A DNA stretch of 21,107 bases from Candidatus Auribacterota bacterium (GTDB taxonomy: Bacteria > Auribacterota > Tritonobacteria > UBA1439), in assembly GCA_026392015.1 (NCBI GenBank), contig JAPLCW010000146.1, positions 1-21,107 on the forward strand. Direction: 5' to 3'. The position numbers were made by a program, and so were the translations under genes. The notes under the pieces are model-generated. The model saw only the letters and a program-made list of their open reading frames with translations, searched no databases and had not been told where the DNA came from. Below, piece after piece: positions 1-7,452 of the stretch. Numbering within the stretch: the stretch's first letter is position 1; every line of letters starts with the position of its first letter.

Positions 1-446
1 TGCTGCAGCGGTACGGCTTGGTGCTTCCATCGACGCTTGCGACGGCGTAATGTCGCTGGGTTCAACCGCCGGATGCCGAAAACGGCACGTCCGGTGGTGT
101 GGGAGGGACTGCGGGCGAAATCCCGCAGCCCCGACCCGATCCATAATATGCTTTTCTGCAAGAGGTAACGATTGGATTCCTGCTGGAGTTTACCCTCGTG
201 AAAACGGGGACAGGAATGACTCGGAAAGCATGTAAATGTCTTTTAATTGGAAACGGGGGAAAGTCCTCCTCCCGCAACGGCGAATAATTGACTAAAACCT
301 TCACCCAGTAGGTGCGGCTGAGTTAAAAACAATAATTTTGCAGGGTCTTGATTTATCAAGCCCGCCAACGGGTCGGATAAAACCTGTCCTGAGCTTGCCG
401 AAGAATCCGACCCCTACATTATCCGCCATTCCGGGCTCCTCTTGTC

Positions 447-675
447 TATTGTACTACAGGCTAAATTCTGCTATCATCAAACAACACGAGTAGCGGGGTA
501 TATCGAGCAAATTAGTCTTCTGCATACAGATCCCGGATACGAAAAAAAACCTTAGAAAACTTAGCGGCGCAAAGCCACGGGTCTAATTCTCGAGATAGCG
601 GAACAAGATGCCCGGACTACCGAAGATCTCTAACGGAGATGAGAAGTAGTTCGGATTTTTTATTGAACGGAAGGG
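447..675 (+). promoter_or_regulatory. Conserved ~225-nt non-coding 'A' element, copy 1 (candidate cis-regulatory leader or small RNA ending in a terminator-like hairpin and T-run), directly upstream of the S8 protease gene
   Basis: About 80% identical to 11237-11458. The nested hairpin is conserved in both copies (outer CCGAAG/TTCGG, inner ATCTC-loop-GAGAT with a differing loop) and is followed by T6 (655-662). No ORF is shared between the copies. Confidence 0.4.
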
Positions 676-678
676 GCC

Positions 679-3246
679 ATGAAAGCATTAGGTGCGTGCT
701 GTTGGTTTATTGGGGTGGGGGCATTGTTTTCCGGATTGCCCATCAATGCCCATCTGGCGACCGCATCTTGTCCGATGTTCCACCGAGCTTCACGGCTCAC
801 CGACGTGAGCGCGCTGTATTCCGTGCCGTCGCAGGGAGATCTGCCCTTGAGCCACTCTATCGGGCGCGCCGCCGCATCTCTCCCGGCTGGGCCGAAGGCG
901 ATGGCGAAGCTCGCCCCCTGGGTGGTGGAGAATACAGAAGGCGGCGTAGAGGCCGAGTTTCTCGTCGTCCTCGCCGACCAGGCCGATCTCTCCGGGGCCG
1001 CTGATTTTTCGACCCGGGTCGAAAAGGGCATCTACGTGTTCGATACTCTCAGGGGAAAGGCGTATGCTACGCAGAAGGCTCTCCTCGACTGGCTCGCGGC
1101 GCGTGGGATCGAGCACCGCTCCTTTTACATCATCAATGCGGTCTGGGTGAAGGGGGATCGCGATATCGCCCTTGCCCTTGCCGGTCGCAGGGAGGTTTGG
1201 CGCATCGAGGGGAACCCCATGATCTATAACGACCTTCCCGCTCCCTCCGGGCGCAGTCAATCAAACAACCCTTCCGCCATCGAATCTAATATCACTTATG
1301 TCCGCGCCCCCGAGGTATGGGCGCTCGGACATACCGGGGAGGGGATCGTTGTGGGCGGCCAGGACACCGGATATCAATGGGATCATCCGGCACTGAAGGG
1401 TAAATATCGTGGATGGAACGGCTCATCTGCCGATCATGACTACAATTGGCATGACAGCATACACGCGGGGGGAGGGGTGTGCGGACCGAATTCGCCCGTT
1501 CCGTGCGATGATTACGGGCACGGTACGCATACAATGGGCACAGTCCTCGGCGATGACGGGGCGGGAAACCAGATCGGTATGGCGCCCGGCGCCAACTGGA
1601 TCGGGTGCAGGAACATGGACCAGGGCGCCGGGACCCCCGCCACATATATCGAGTGCTTCGAGTTCTTCCTTGCCCCGTATCCTGTGGGAGGAAGCCCTGC
1701 TCAGGGCGATCCATTGAAGGCGCCTGATGTGACGAACAACTCATGGGGCTGTCCGACGTCGGAAGGGTGCTCCTGGAACACGCTTCAGGCAGCCGTCGAA
1801 GCGCAGCGCGCCGCGGGCATCATGACGGTGGTATCGGTGGGAAATTATGGATCGTCCTGTTCCACGGTTCAGGATCCCCCCGCAATCTATGGTGCCTCCT
1901 ACTCGGTGGGCGCGCTGAACAAGGGGACGGATACGATCGCCTCTTTCAGCAGCCGGGGGCCGGTTACCGTGGACGGCAGCAATCGACGGAAACCGGATAT
2001 CTCGGCGCCCGGCACCAACATCCGTTCAAGCGTCCCTGGGGGTGGGTACGAGGGTGGATGGAGCGGCACCTCGATGGCGGGACCGCACGTTGCGGGTGCG
2101 GTGGCGCTCCTCTGGTCGGCGCGGCCGCTTGAGCTCAAGAACCAGATTGACTCGACCGAATATGTACTGGGCGAGTCGGCGACCCATATCTCATCTTCGG
2201 CTTGCTCGAGCAGCGGATGGCCGAACAATGTATTCGGCTATGGGCGCCTGGACGTAAGGGCGGCGATCGACCAGGAGACGCCGACAATGCCTCCTTCGCC
2301 CCAGATGTCTCCTACGTCGACACCTACGCCTACGGCTCCGGCGCCGACTGAGACGCCTATAGCGCCGGCAATAACGAGTATAACGCGCAATGAAGTTACA
2401 GGGGATATTATGATCTCCTGGACTGGCAGTTGCGATGTGGATATTTATTATGCAGTTGATTTGCAATCAGCATTTACGCTTGCGCAGAGCGGTGTCTTCG
2501 GAGGGTCATGGACAGATGATGGAATCCGAACCGGCGGACACCCGAATGGTGCGCGCGAGAGATATTACAAGATCGTCTGTGCCGGTACGTCACAGTACGC
2601 TTCGGATGCAGTGGGAATGTTCAGATATTCGCTCGCCTCAGGCTATAACTTGATATGTCTGCCGCTGATTCCCTACAACAGCGATATAGATGTGGTATTA
2701 GGGAGTCAACTGACGGAAGGGAGCCCTCTTACCGGAGACAAGATATACACACAGGATCCGAATTATGGGGATGAACTGCACTATGCGTATCTGTCTTCCA
2801 CATACCATGAATGGAAGGGCGCTTTAGATGAGGCGTCCGTTGTGCGGGAGAAAGGGTATCTCATGCAGATTGATGCGGGGCATACACGATTGACGCAATA
2901 TATCGTGGGGAAAGTACCTTCCGCGAGCGTGGGGATGCCTGAGTTTGCGATGGGTTATAATTTGATGGGGAACGTGTGGCCTGTCGATGTAACTTTTGAT
3001 GCGGGCAATTTGAAGGAGAGCGGGGCGAACGCGGGAAGTGCCCTGACAGGTGACCGTATCTATTCGCAGTCGAACAGCGGTTATGGCGGAAGCTTGGATT
3101 ACAGCTGGTTATCAAGCAGTGACGGATTGTGGCACGGCACGCTCACCGGGTTTGCGAGAGGCTACGGATGCTGGTATATCATCAACAGTGATAAGAGCCC
3201 ATTCAGCTGGGTGAATCTGAAGCTGTACAGCGAGCCGCCGTATTGA
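679..3246 (+). CDS. Secreted subtilisin-like serine protease (peptidase S8) with an I9-like propeptide, a Pro/Thr linker and a ~290-aa C-terminal domain of unknown family
   Basis: Catalytic-triad motifs are present: VGGQDTGY (Asp), HGTHTMGTV (His), GTSMAGPHVAGAVALL (Ser). The N-terminus has a hydrophobic signal-like segment. A PT-rich linker (PTMPPSPQMSPTSTPTPTAPAPTETP) lies at about 2281-2370. The stop is TGA. The start is uncertain (679, or an internal Met) because the spacing to a ribosome-binding site is poor. Confidence 0.88.
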   Translation: MKALGACCWFIGVGALFSGLPINAHLATASCPMFHRASRLTDVSALYSVPSQGDLPLSHSIGRAAASLPAGPKAMAKLAPWVVENTEGGVEAEFLVVLADQADLSGAADFSTRVEKGIYVFDTLRGKAYATQKALLDWLAARGIEHRSFYIINAVWVKGDRDIALALAGRREVWRIEGNPMIYNDLPAPSGRSQSNNPSAIESNITYVRAPEVWALGHTGEGIVVGGQDTGYQWDHPALKGKYRGWNGSSADHDYNWHDSIHAGGGVCGPNSPVPCDDYGHGTHTMGTVLGDDGAGNQIGMAPGANWIGCRNMDQGAGTPATYIECFEFFLAPYPVGGSPAQGDPLKAPDVTNNSWGCPTSEGCSWNTLQAAVEAQRAAGIMTVVSVGNYGSSCSTVQDPPAIYGASYSVGALNKGTDTIASFSSRGPVTVDGSNRRKPDISAPGTNIRSSVPGGGYEGGWSGTSMAGPHVAGAVALLWSARPLELKNQIDSTEYVLGESATHISSSACSSSGWPNNVFGYGRLDVRAAIDQETPTMPPSPQMSPTSTPTPTAPAPTETPIAPAITSITRNEVTGDIMISWTGSCDVDIYYAVDLQSAFTLAQSGVFGGSWTDDGIRTGGHPNGARERYYKIVCAGTSQYASDAVGMFRYSLASGYNLICLPLIPYNSDIDVVLGSQLTEGSPLTGDKIYTQDPNYGDELHYAYLSSTYHEWKGALDEASVVREKGYLMQIDAGHTRLTQYIVGKVPSASVGMPEFAMGYNLMGNVWPVDVTFDAGNLKESGANAGSALTGDRIYSQSNSGYGGSLDYSWLSSSDGLWHGTLTGFARGYGCWYIINSDKSPFSWVNLKLYSEPPY

Positions 3247-3335
3247 GCCAGTGGCATCGCACGTAACATCTTGAGATACAATCAAGTTTATAATAAGGCG
3301 CATTATAGTAAATGAATAATGGGGGAGAGTAACCG

Positions 3336-3503
3336 ATGAGAATTGAATCCATTATGCGCATATTCCGAAAGAAATGCCCGCGGTGTTCTGACGGGAGGCT
3401 GCGATCAAAAGCTTGGATTCGGGCAACTGCGCTACTGAAGAAGGTGCGCGCTATCCTGACTCATGGACCTACTATGAATGCGATCGATGCGGATCTAGGT
3501 TAA
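3336..3503 (+). CDS. Small ORF with a CPRC motif, possibly the 5' part of a frameshifted zinc-ribbon gene that continues in the +1 frame to 3573 (..YYECDRCGS..)
   Basis: GGGGGAG ribosome-binding site 7 nt upstream of the ATG. CPRC is in frame 0 and CxxC (CDRC) in the overlapping +1 frame ending TAA at 3571-3573; together they would form a classic 4-Cys ribbon. Confidence 0.3.
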   Translation: MRIESIMRIFRKKCPRCSDGRLRSKAWIRATALLKKVRAILTHGPTMNAIDADLG

Positions 3504-3689
3504 AGATAGGCAATAATGGCAGAATTGAAGACCCAAGTGAAAAGGAATGGGTACAGAATTACCAAACAGAAAGGGCCGTTTAACAAGACCTTGGAGCGTG
3601 CGCAGTACACTGTGCCCCCTGGGGCCGGTAGAAAAGACGTTTTGATCAAAAGAGTGCCAGAATAGGCAGAATCATTGAATCAGGCAGAG

Positions 3690-3946
3690 AATCAGGGAAA
3701 AACTTGGGACGCATAAACGGAATAAGGCCGGGGCGGTAGAATGATTTACCATCCACCTGATAGCATTGAGAAGGTATTAGATAAGATGCGCCAGGATTTG
3801 AGAAAGACAGAGCCGTGCTTCTGTGATAAGTGCCGTCCTTTATTCCACGGTTTTTTAAACGGTGGTTTGAGAGATAGCCGGATAAGTAGGAGCGGGAAGC
3901 CAGTTTATATTATAAGGAAACAATCAAGCCAAAGGAGGGGATAAAG
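3690..3946 (+). promoter_or_regulatory. 'U' 5' element copy 1: TATA-like CATATAAACGG, small-ORF region, GGAAGCC(G/A)GTTTATAT box and AAGGAGGG ribosome-binding site
   Basis: Shares 75-90% nucleotide identity with the other U copies listed below. Confidence 0.55.
3741..3944 (+). CDS. Small conserved ORF inside the U element (MIYHPPDSIEKVLDKM..CFCDKCRPLF..); this copy has an ATG but a 1-nt deletion changes the C-terminus
   Basis: Peptide IEK.LDK.HKEL.KAE.CFCDKCRPLF..F.KRWFK.YPDK is recoverable from 7 copies. An ATG lies about 23 nt downstream of a TATAAA-like box, consistent with a leaderless transcript. No copy is fully intact. Confidence 0.3.
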   Translation: MIYHPPDSIEKVLDKMRQDLRKTEPCFCDKCRPLFHGFLNGGLRDSRISRSGKPVYIIRKQSSQRRG

Positions 3947-4780
3947 ATGAGAGCAACATTAGTGGTAGTTGCAAACGTGATGTTGATGGCGGGTTTGTGC
4001 GGCACGATGATAGCGGGGAGTATTGATTCACCCGGCGCGCCATCAGCGGGAAGCGGGATGTATACACTCTCTCAGATATATGATTACATGAACTCGGGGA
4101 TAGACGTAACACCTATACCAAGTTTCCAAGAACCCGCCGTGGCTCCCGGACCGACGATGAAGACCACGAAGCAGATTTACGAGGACATCAAGGCGAAATT
4201 TGCCCAGTGCAACGCGACTGCCGATGTTGTGATGCCGGGCTATACGTTTTTCTGCACGCAGCCGGGGAGTTGGGGAGTACAAACGGGAAACTATGTAACC
4301 CCAACCCCAACCTCAACGCCAACCCTAACCCCGACCATAACCCCCTCACCCACCCCAACTATAACTCCAACCTGCCCAACCGGTGACCCTTGGTATGTGC
4401 AATATGGACCGTGTGGGGAGGGTAAAGTGGTTCTGATAGGGAGCATGTACGTTGCCAAGTGGACAAATAATGAGGGCACCGCAAGCAACGAGAGAAAGGG
4501 TTGGCCCGCCGCCCGCCAATGGGCCACCGGACTAGACTGGTTAGGCAAGGACTCTGGATGGAGGCTTCCGACGGATATTGAAATAGCCTCCATATGTGAG
4601 GCCAAGTCTAGCCTGGGCGCGTACGAGGCTGAGACCCGCCCATATTACTGGTCCGACACCCAGCGCGACTCCGCGTCGGCCAACTGGATCGAGGACTTCT
4701 CTAGGCCTGTGGATTGCACCGTGCAGAGCGGCAACTGGGTCGACACTAACCGCGTGCGCGCCGTGCGTAATGCAATGTGA
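3947..4780 (+). CDS. Secreted modular paralog: N-module subtype II, PT linker, DUF1566/Lcl-C-terminal-like domain
   Basis: Signal peptide MRATLVVVANVMLMAGLCGTMIAG|S. Motifs GWRLPTDIEIASI..YYWSDT..VRAVRNAM. AAGGAGGG ribosome-binding site 6 nt upstream. Stop is TGA. Confidence 0.85.
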   Translation: MRATLVVVANVMLMAGLCGTMIAGSIDSPGAPSAGSGMYTLSQIYDYMNSGIDVTPIPSFQEPAVAPGPTMKTTKQIYEDIKAKFAQCNATADVVMPGYTFFCTQPGSWGVQTGNYVTPTPTSTPTLTPTITPSPTPTITPTCPTGDPWYVQYGPCGEGKVVLIGSMYVAKWTNNEGTASNERKGWPAARQWATGLDWLGKDSGWRLPTDIEIASICEAKSSLGAYEAETRPYYWSDTQRDSASANWIEDFSRPVDCTVQSGNWVDTNRVRAVRNAM

Positions 4781-4861
4781 ACAATTTGATCCATGCTGCC
4801 CTCGCGAAGGCGGCTGCAGCGGGTCAAGTTTGATTTCTCCGTTCGGTACGGCAGGTCGGCG

Positions 4862-4946
4862 GACGCGAAGCGCATGCCATCTGCGGAGATAACTCCGAAA
4901 TTTCTCTGGAGAAGATCCGTGATTTTATCGTAAACAAATAATGAGG
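4862..4946 (+). repeat. 'D' 3' element copy 1 (first hairpin degenerate; second hairpin and the ATTTTATCGTAAACAAATAATGAGG tail intact)
   Basis: Aligns to the consensus seen after each paralog. Confidence 0.6.
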
Positions 4947-5220
4947 AAAGAATAGAGCAGAATCAGGCAAATGATAAGGGCATATAAACGGAATAAGGCC
5001 GGGGCGATAGCATAATTTGCCGTCCATCTGAAATCATTGAGAAGGTACTAGACAAGATACACAAGGAGCTACAGAAGGCAGAGGTATGCTTCTGTGATAA
5101 GTGCCGTCCTTTGTTTCAGAAGTTTATCAAACGCTGGTTTAAGAGATACCCGGACAAGTAAGAGTTGGAAAGCCGGTTTATATATAAAGGGAAACAAGCA
5201 AACCAAAGGAGGGCGGAAAG
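4947..5220 (+). promoter_or_regulatory. 'U' 5' element copy 2 (small ORF lacks an ATG: ATA)
   Basis: Conserved sequence. TTTATATATA at 5177-5186. Ribosome-binding site AAGGAGGG at 5206-5213. Confidence 0.55.
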
Positions 5221-6033
5221 ATGAGAGCAACATTAGTGGTAATTTTAAGCGTGATGTTTGCGGCGGGTTTGTGCGGTACGGTGGTTGCGGGGAGTATTGA
5301 TTCACCCGGGTTGCCCACGGCGGGGAGCGGGATGTACACGCTCCAGAACCTGTATGACTACCTTACGAGCGGCACGGCGCTCATGGTGCAGACCAGTTTC
5401 CAGGAGCCCGCCTCGGGCCCCGGCTCGACGATGAAGAGCACGAAGGAGATCGGTGACGCGATCAAAGATAAGTTCAACCTGTGCGCTGCCACAACCGATA
5501 ATGTTGAACAGGGAGTGACTTTCTTCTGCACGCAGCCGGGAAGCTGGGGAGTTCAGACAGGAACATTAGTTGCGCTGCCGAGACCGACAGCAACCCCAAC
5601 CTCAACCGCAACCCCAACCGCAACCCCAACGCCGACGTGGGGCCAGACCAGATGCGAGGCGAAGGGCGGCTTGTGGGCACCGCTAAATGGCGGGCTAGTG
5701 GGGAATGGCTGCTGGTTCAAAGCGGCATTTCAGGAAAACTGCAGCGCGGCTTGTGGAGCCCTTACCCTAGGATGTGATACGAGACAGTGGAACGACAACG
5801 GGACTGTAACTTGCAGCATTATGAGGCAATTAGGGCCCAGTACTTGCTCATTCTGTCAGTCTGGGGGTTCTTCAATGGGCGACACATCATCTCCGGCGAT
5901 TGGGACGTCGTACTGGGAAGGGACTGGATGCATCTATCGGCCGGACTCAGTCAGCCAGGCATGCGATGCTACTATAAACACGAGTGACGCTAATTGGGGC
6001 AAACGGATCTGCGTCTGCAACCCTGAGCCGTAG
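5221..6033 (+). CDS. Secreted modular paralog: N-module subtype I, PT linker, Cys-rich C-terminal domain (type A)
   Basis: Signal peptide. SGMYTLQNLYDYLTSG..FFCTQPGSWGVQTG. (TPT)n linker. About 16 Cys in the C-terminal 130 aa. Stop is TAG. Confidence 0.85.
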   Translation: MRATLVVILSVMFAAGLCGTVVAGSIDSPGLPTAGSGMYTLQNLYDYLTSGTALMVQTSFQEPASGPGSTMKSTKEIGDAIKDKFNLCAATTDNVEQGVTFFCTQPGSWGVQTGTLVALPRPTATPTSTATPTATPTPTWGQTRCEAKGGLWAPLNGGLVGNGCWFKAAFQENCSAACGALTLGCDTRQWNDNGTVTCSIMRQLGPSTCSFCQSGGSSMGDTSSPAIGTSYWEGTGCIYRPDSVSQACDATINTSDANWGKRICVCNPEP

Positions 6034-6150
6034 ACTCTATCATCTGAATCATCCGCGGGTGGGCGGGCGCTATGCGCTTTCCCACCTGCGGAGATAACTC
6101 CGGATCTTCTCTGGAGAAGATCAGTGATTTTATCGTAAGTAAATAATAAG
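6034..6150 (+). repeat. 'D' 3' element copy 2: hairpin 1 (6053-6091, CCGCGGGTGGG..CCCACCTGCGG), hairpin 2 (6103-6122, GATCTTCTC-TG-GAGAAGATC), T-rich tail
   Basis: Perfect inverted repeats read directly from the sequence. Confidence 0.7.
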
Positions 6151-6258
6151 TTGGAGTAGGGCATAGCCAGAGAAGCAGGGAGAGTAAGATCAAGGCGAGG
6201 GCATAATTTTCGATGGTGGAATCAAGAGAGTGGGCTGTTGTTTACCGTAGCCGGGACT

Positions 6259-6284
6259 GTAGCCGATACTTAAGTATCGGCTAC
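6259..6284. repeat. Perfect 26-nt palindrome GTAGCCGATACTTAAGTATCGGCTAC in the spacer between D2 and U3
   Basis: The 11-nt arms are exact reverse complements around TTAA. A partial direct copy GTAGCCGGG lies just upstream. Confidence 0.6.
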
Positions 6285-6317
6285 AATATCTATCATAAAT
6301 CTTAAAAAGCCCACACT

Positions 6318-6541
6318 TTTTCTTGCATGATCTAATTTTCTGTCCGCCTAAAAGCATTGAGAAGGTACGAGACAAGATGCACAAGGAACCAGACAAGCTA
6401 GAGGCGTGCTTCTGTGATTAGTGCCATCCATTATTCCGCAGGTTTATCAAAAGCTGGTTTAAGAGATACCCGGACAAGTAGGAACTGGAAAGCCGGTTTA
6501 TATATTATAAGGAAACAATCAAACCAAAGGAGGGAATGAAG
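6318..6541 (+). promoter_or_regulatory. 'U' 5' element copy 3 (small ORF carries an in-frame TAG at 6419-6421, where other copies have AAG)
   Basis: Conserved sequence. TTTATATATTATAAGG box. Ribosome-binding site AAGGAGGGAATGAAG. Confidence 0.5.
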
Positions 6542-7345
6542 ATGAGAACAACATTAGTGGTAATTTTAAGTGTGATGTTAATGGCGGGTGTGTGCGGCAT
6601 GGTGGTTGCGGGGAGTATTGATTCCCCCGGCGCGCCTTCTGCGGGAAGCGGGATGTACACGCTCCAGAACCTGTATGATTACCTGACGAGCGGCACTGCG
6701 CTCACGGTGCAGACCAGTTTCCAGGAGCCCACGTCAGGTCCCGGCTCAACGATGAAAACCACAAAACAGATCGGGGATGCCATCGCAACATCATTTGCCT
6801 TGTGCGATGCGACTGCCGACAAAGTAGCGAGCGGCACGAGGTTCTTCAGCACGGTGCCGGGAAGCTGGGGTGTGCAGACGGGGACATTAGTTGTAGTGCC
6901 AACCCCAACCCCGACCATAACTCCCACCATAACCCCAACCCCGACCATAACCCCAACCGCAACGCCAACAGTCCCTGCATATTGTTCCTCCGCTAACGGC
7001 TACTGGGCCCCGAAGAATGATGGCTCGGGAGAGAGCGGGTGTTGGATTAAGGGGGCTGTCGCCACCAGCTGTAACACAGCGTGCAACTCAAAAGGGTTGA
7101 AATGCGACCAAGTGAATTTTAACGACCCCGAGTGTTCAATAATACCAAATATACCTGGAGCTTTTCCGTGCAGCACTTGCGGGGGGTCGCTGACATACGG
7201 CAACGCCGTGCAAGCGATCCAGGGGTGTGGAAGCTGTGGAGGGTCGGGGGCGTGTCGCGTGAATCCCGCCGGGACCGCGCAGGACTGTTCAGCAACCTTC
7301 ACCGACACTAACTGGTATCTGCTTTGCGTCTGTATTCCCAACTGA
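6542..7345 (+). CDS. Secreted modular paralog: N-module subtype I, PT linker, Cys-rich C-terminal domain (type A')
   Basis: The N-terminal 120 aa are about 85% identical to the 5221 gene and nearly identical to the 9104(-) gene. An alternative ATG lies at 6536. Stop is TGA. Confidence 0.85.
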   Translation: MRTTLVVILSVMLMAGVCGMVVAGSIDSPGAPSAGSGMYTLQNLYDYLTSGTALTVQTSFQEPTSGPGSTMKTTKQIGDAIATSFALCDATADKVASGTRFFSTVPGSWGVQTGTLVVVPTPTPTITPTITPTPTITPTATPTVPAYCSSANGYWAPKNDGSGESGCWIKGAVATSCNTACNSKGLKCDQVNFNDPECSIIPNIPGAFPCSTCGGSLTYGNAVQAIQGCGSCGGSGACRVNPAGTAQDCSATFTDTNWYLLCVCIPN

Positions 7346-7452
7346 CCAGATGATCATCCGCGGGTGGGAGGGCGTTGCGCGCCTTCCCACCTGCGGAGAT
7401 AACTCAGGATCTTCTCTGGAGAAGATAGGTGATTTTATCGCAAGCAATAATC
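7346..7452 (+). repeat. 'D' 3' element copy 3
   Basis: Both hairpins are present. The 3' flank GGAGTAGGGCATAGCCAGAGAAGC is shared with D2, which suggests recent duplication. Confidence 0.7.

Noticed and set aside
50-304. Short ORFs at the 5' edge (50-235+, 62-304-) and hairpins at 107-127 and 372-413
   Set aside because: No ribosome-binding site or recognisable motifs. The region may be the 3' UTR or terminator of an upstream gene outside the window. Insufficient evidence to call.
790-2466. Multiple ORFs on both strands inside 679-3246 (for example 790-1260-, 1292-1744-, 1743-2132+, 2191-2466-)
   Set aside because: They overlap the S8 protease, which has a complete catalytic triad. They are GC-rich shadow frames with Arg/Pro-rich nonsense translations.
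4291-4605. Minus-strand ORFs rich in GVGVMVGV (4291-4605, 6679-6948, 8112-8309, 12028-12222, 12075-12341, 13345-13632, 14764-15141)
   Set aside because: They are the reverse-complement reading of the ACC/CCA microsatellite that encodes the PT linkers. Each is fully contained in a well-supported plus-strand gene, so they are artefacts.
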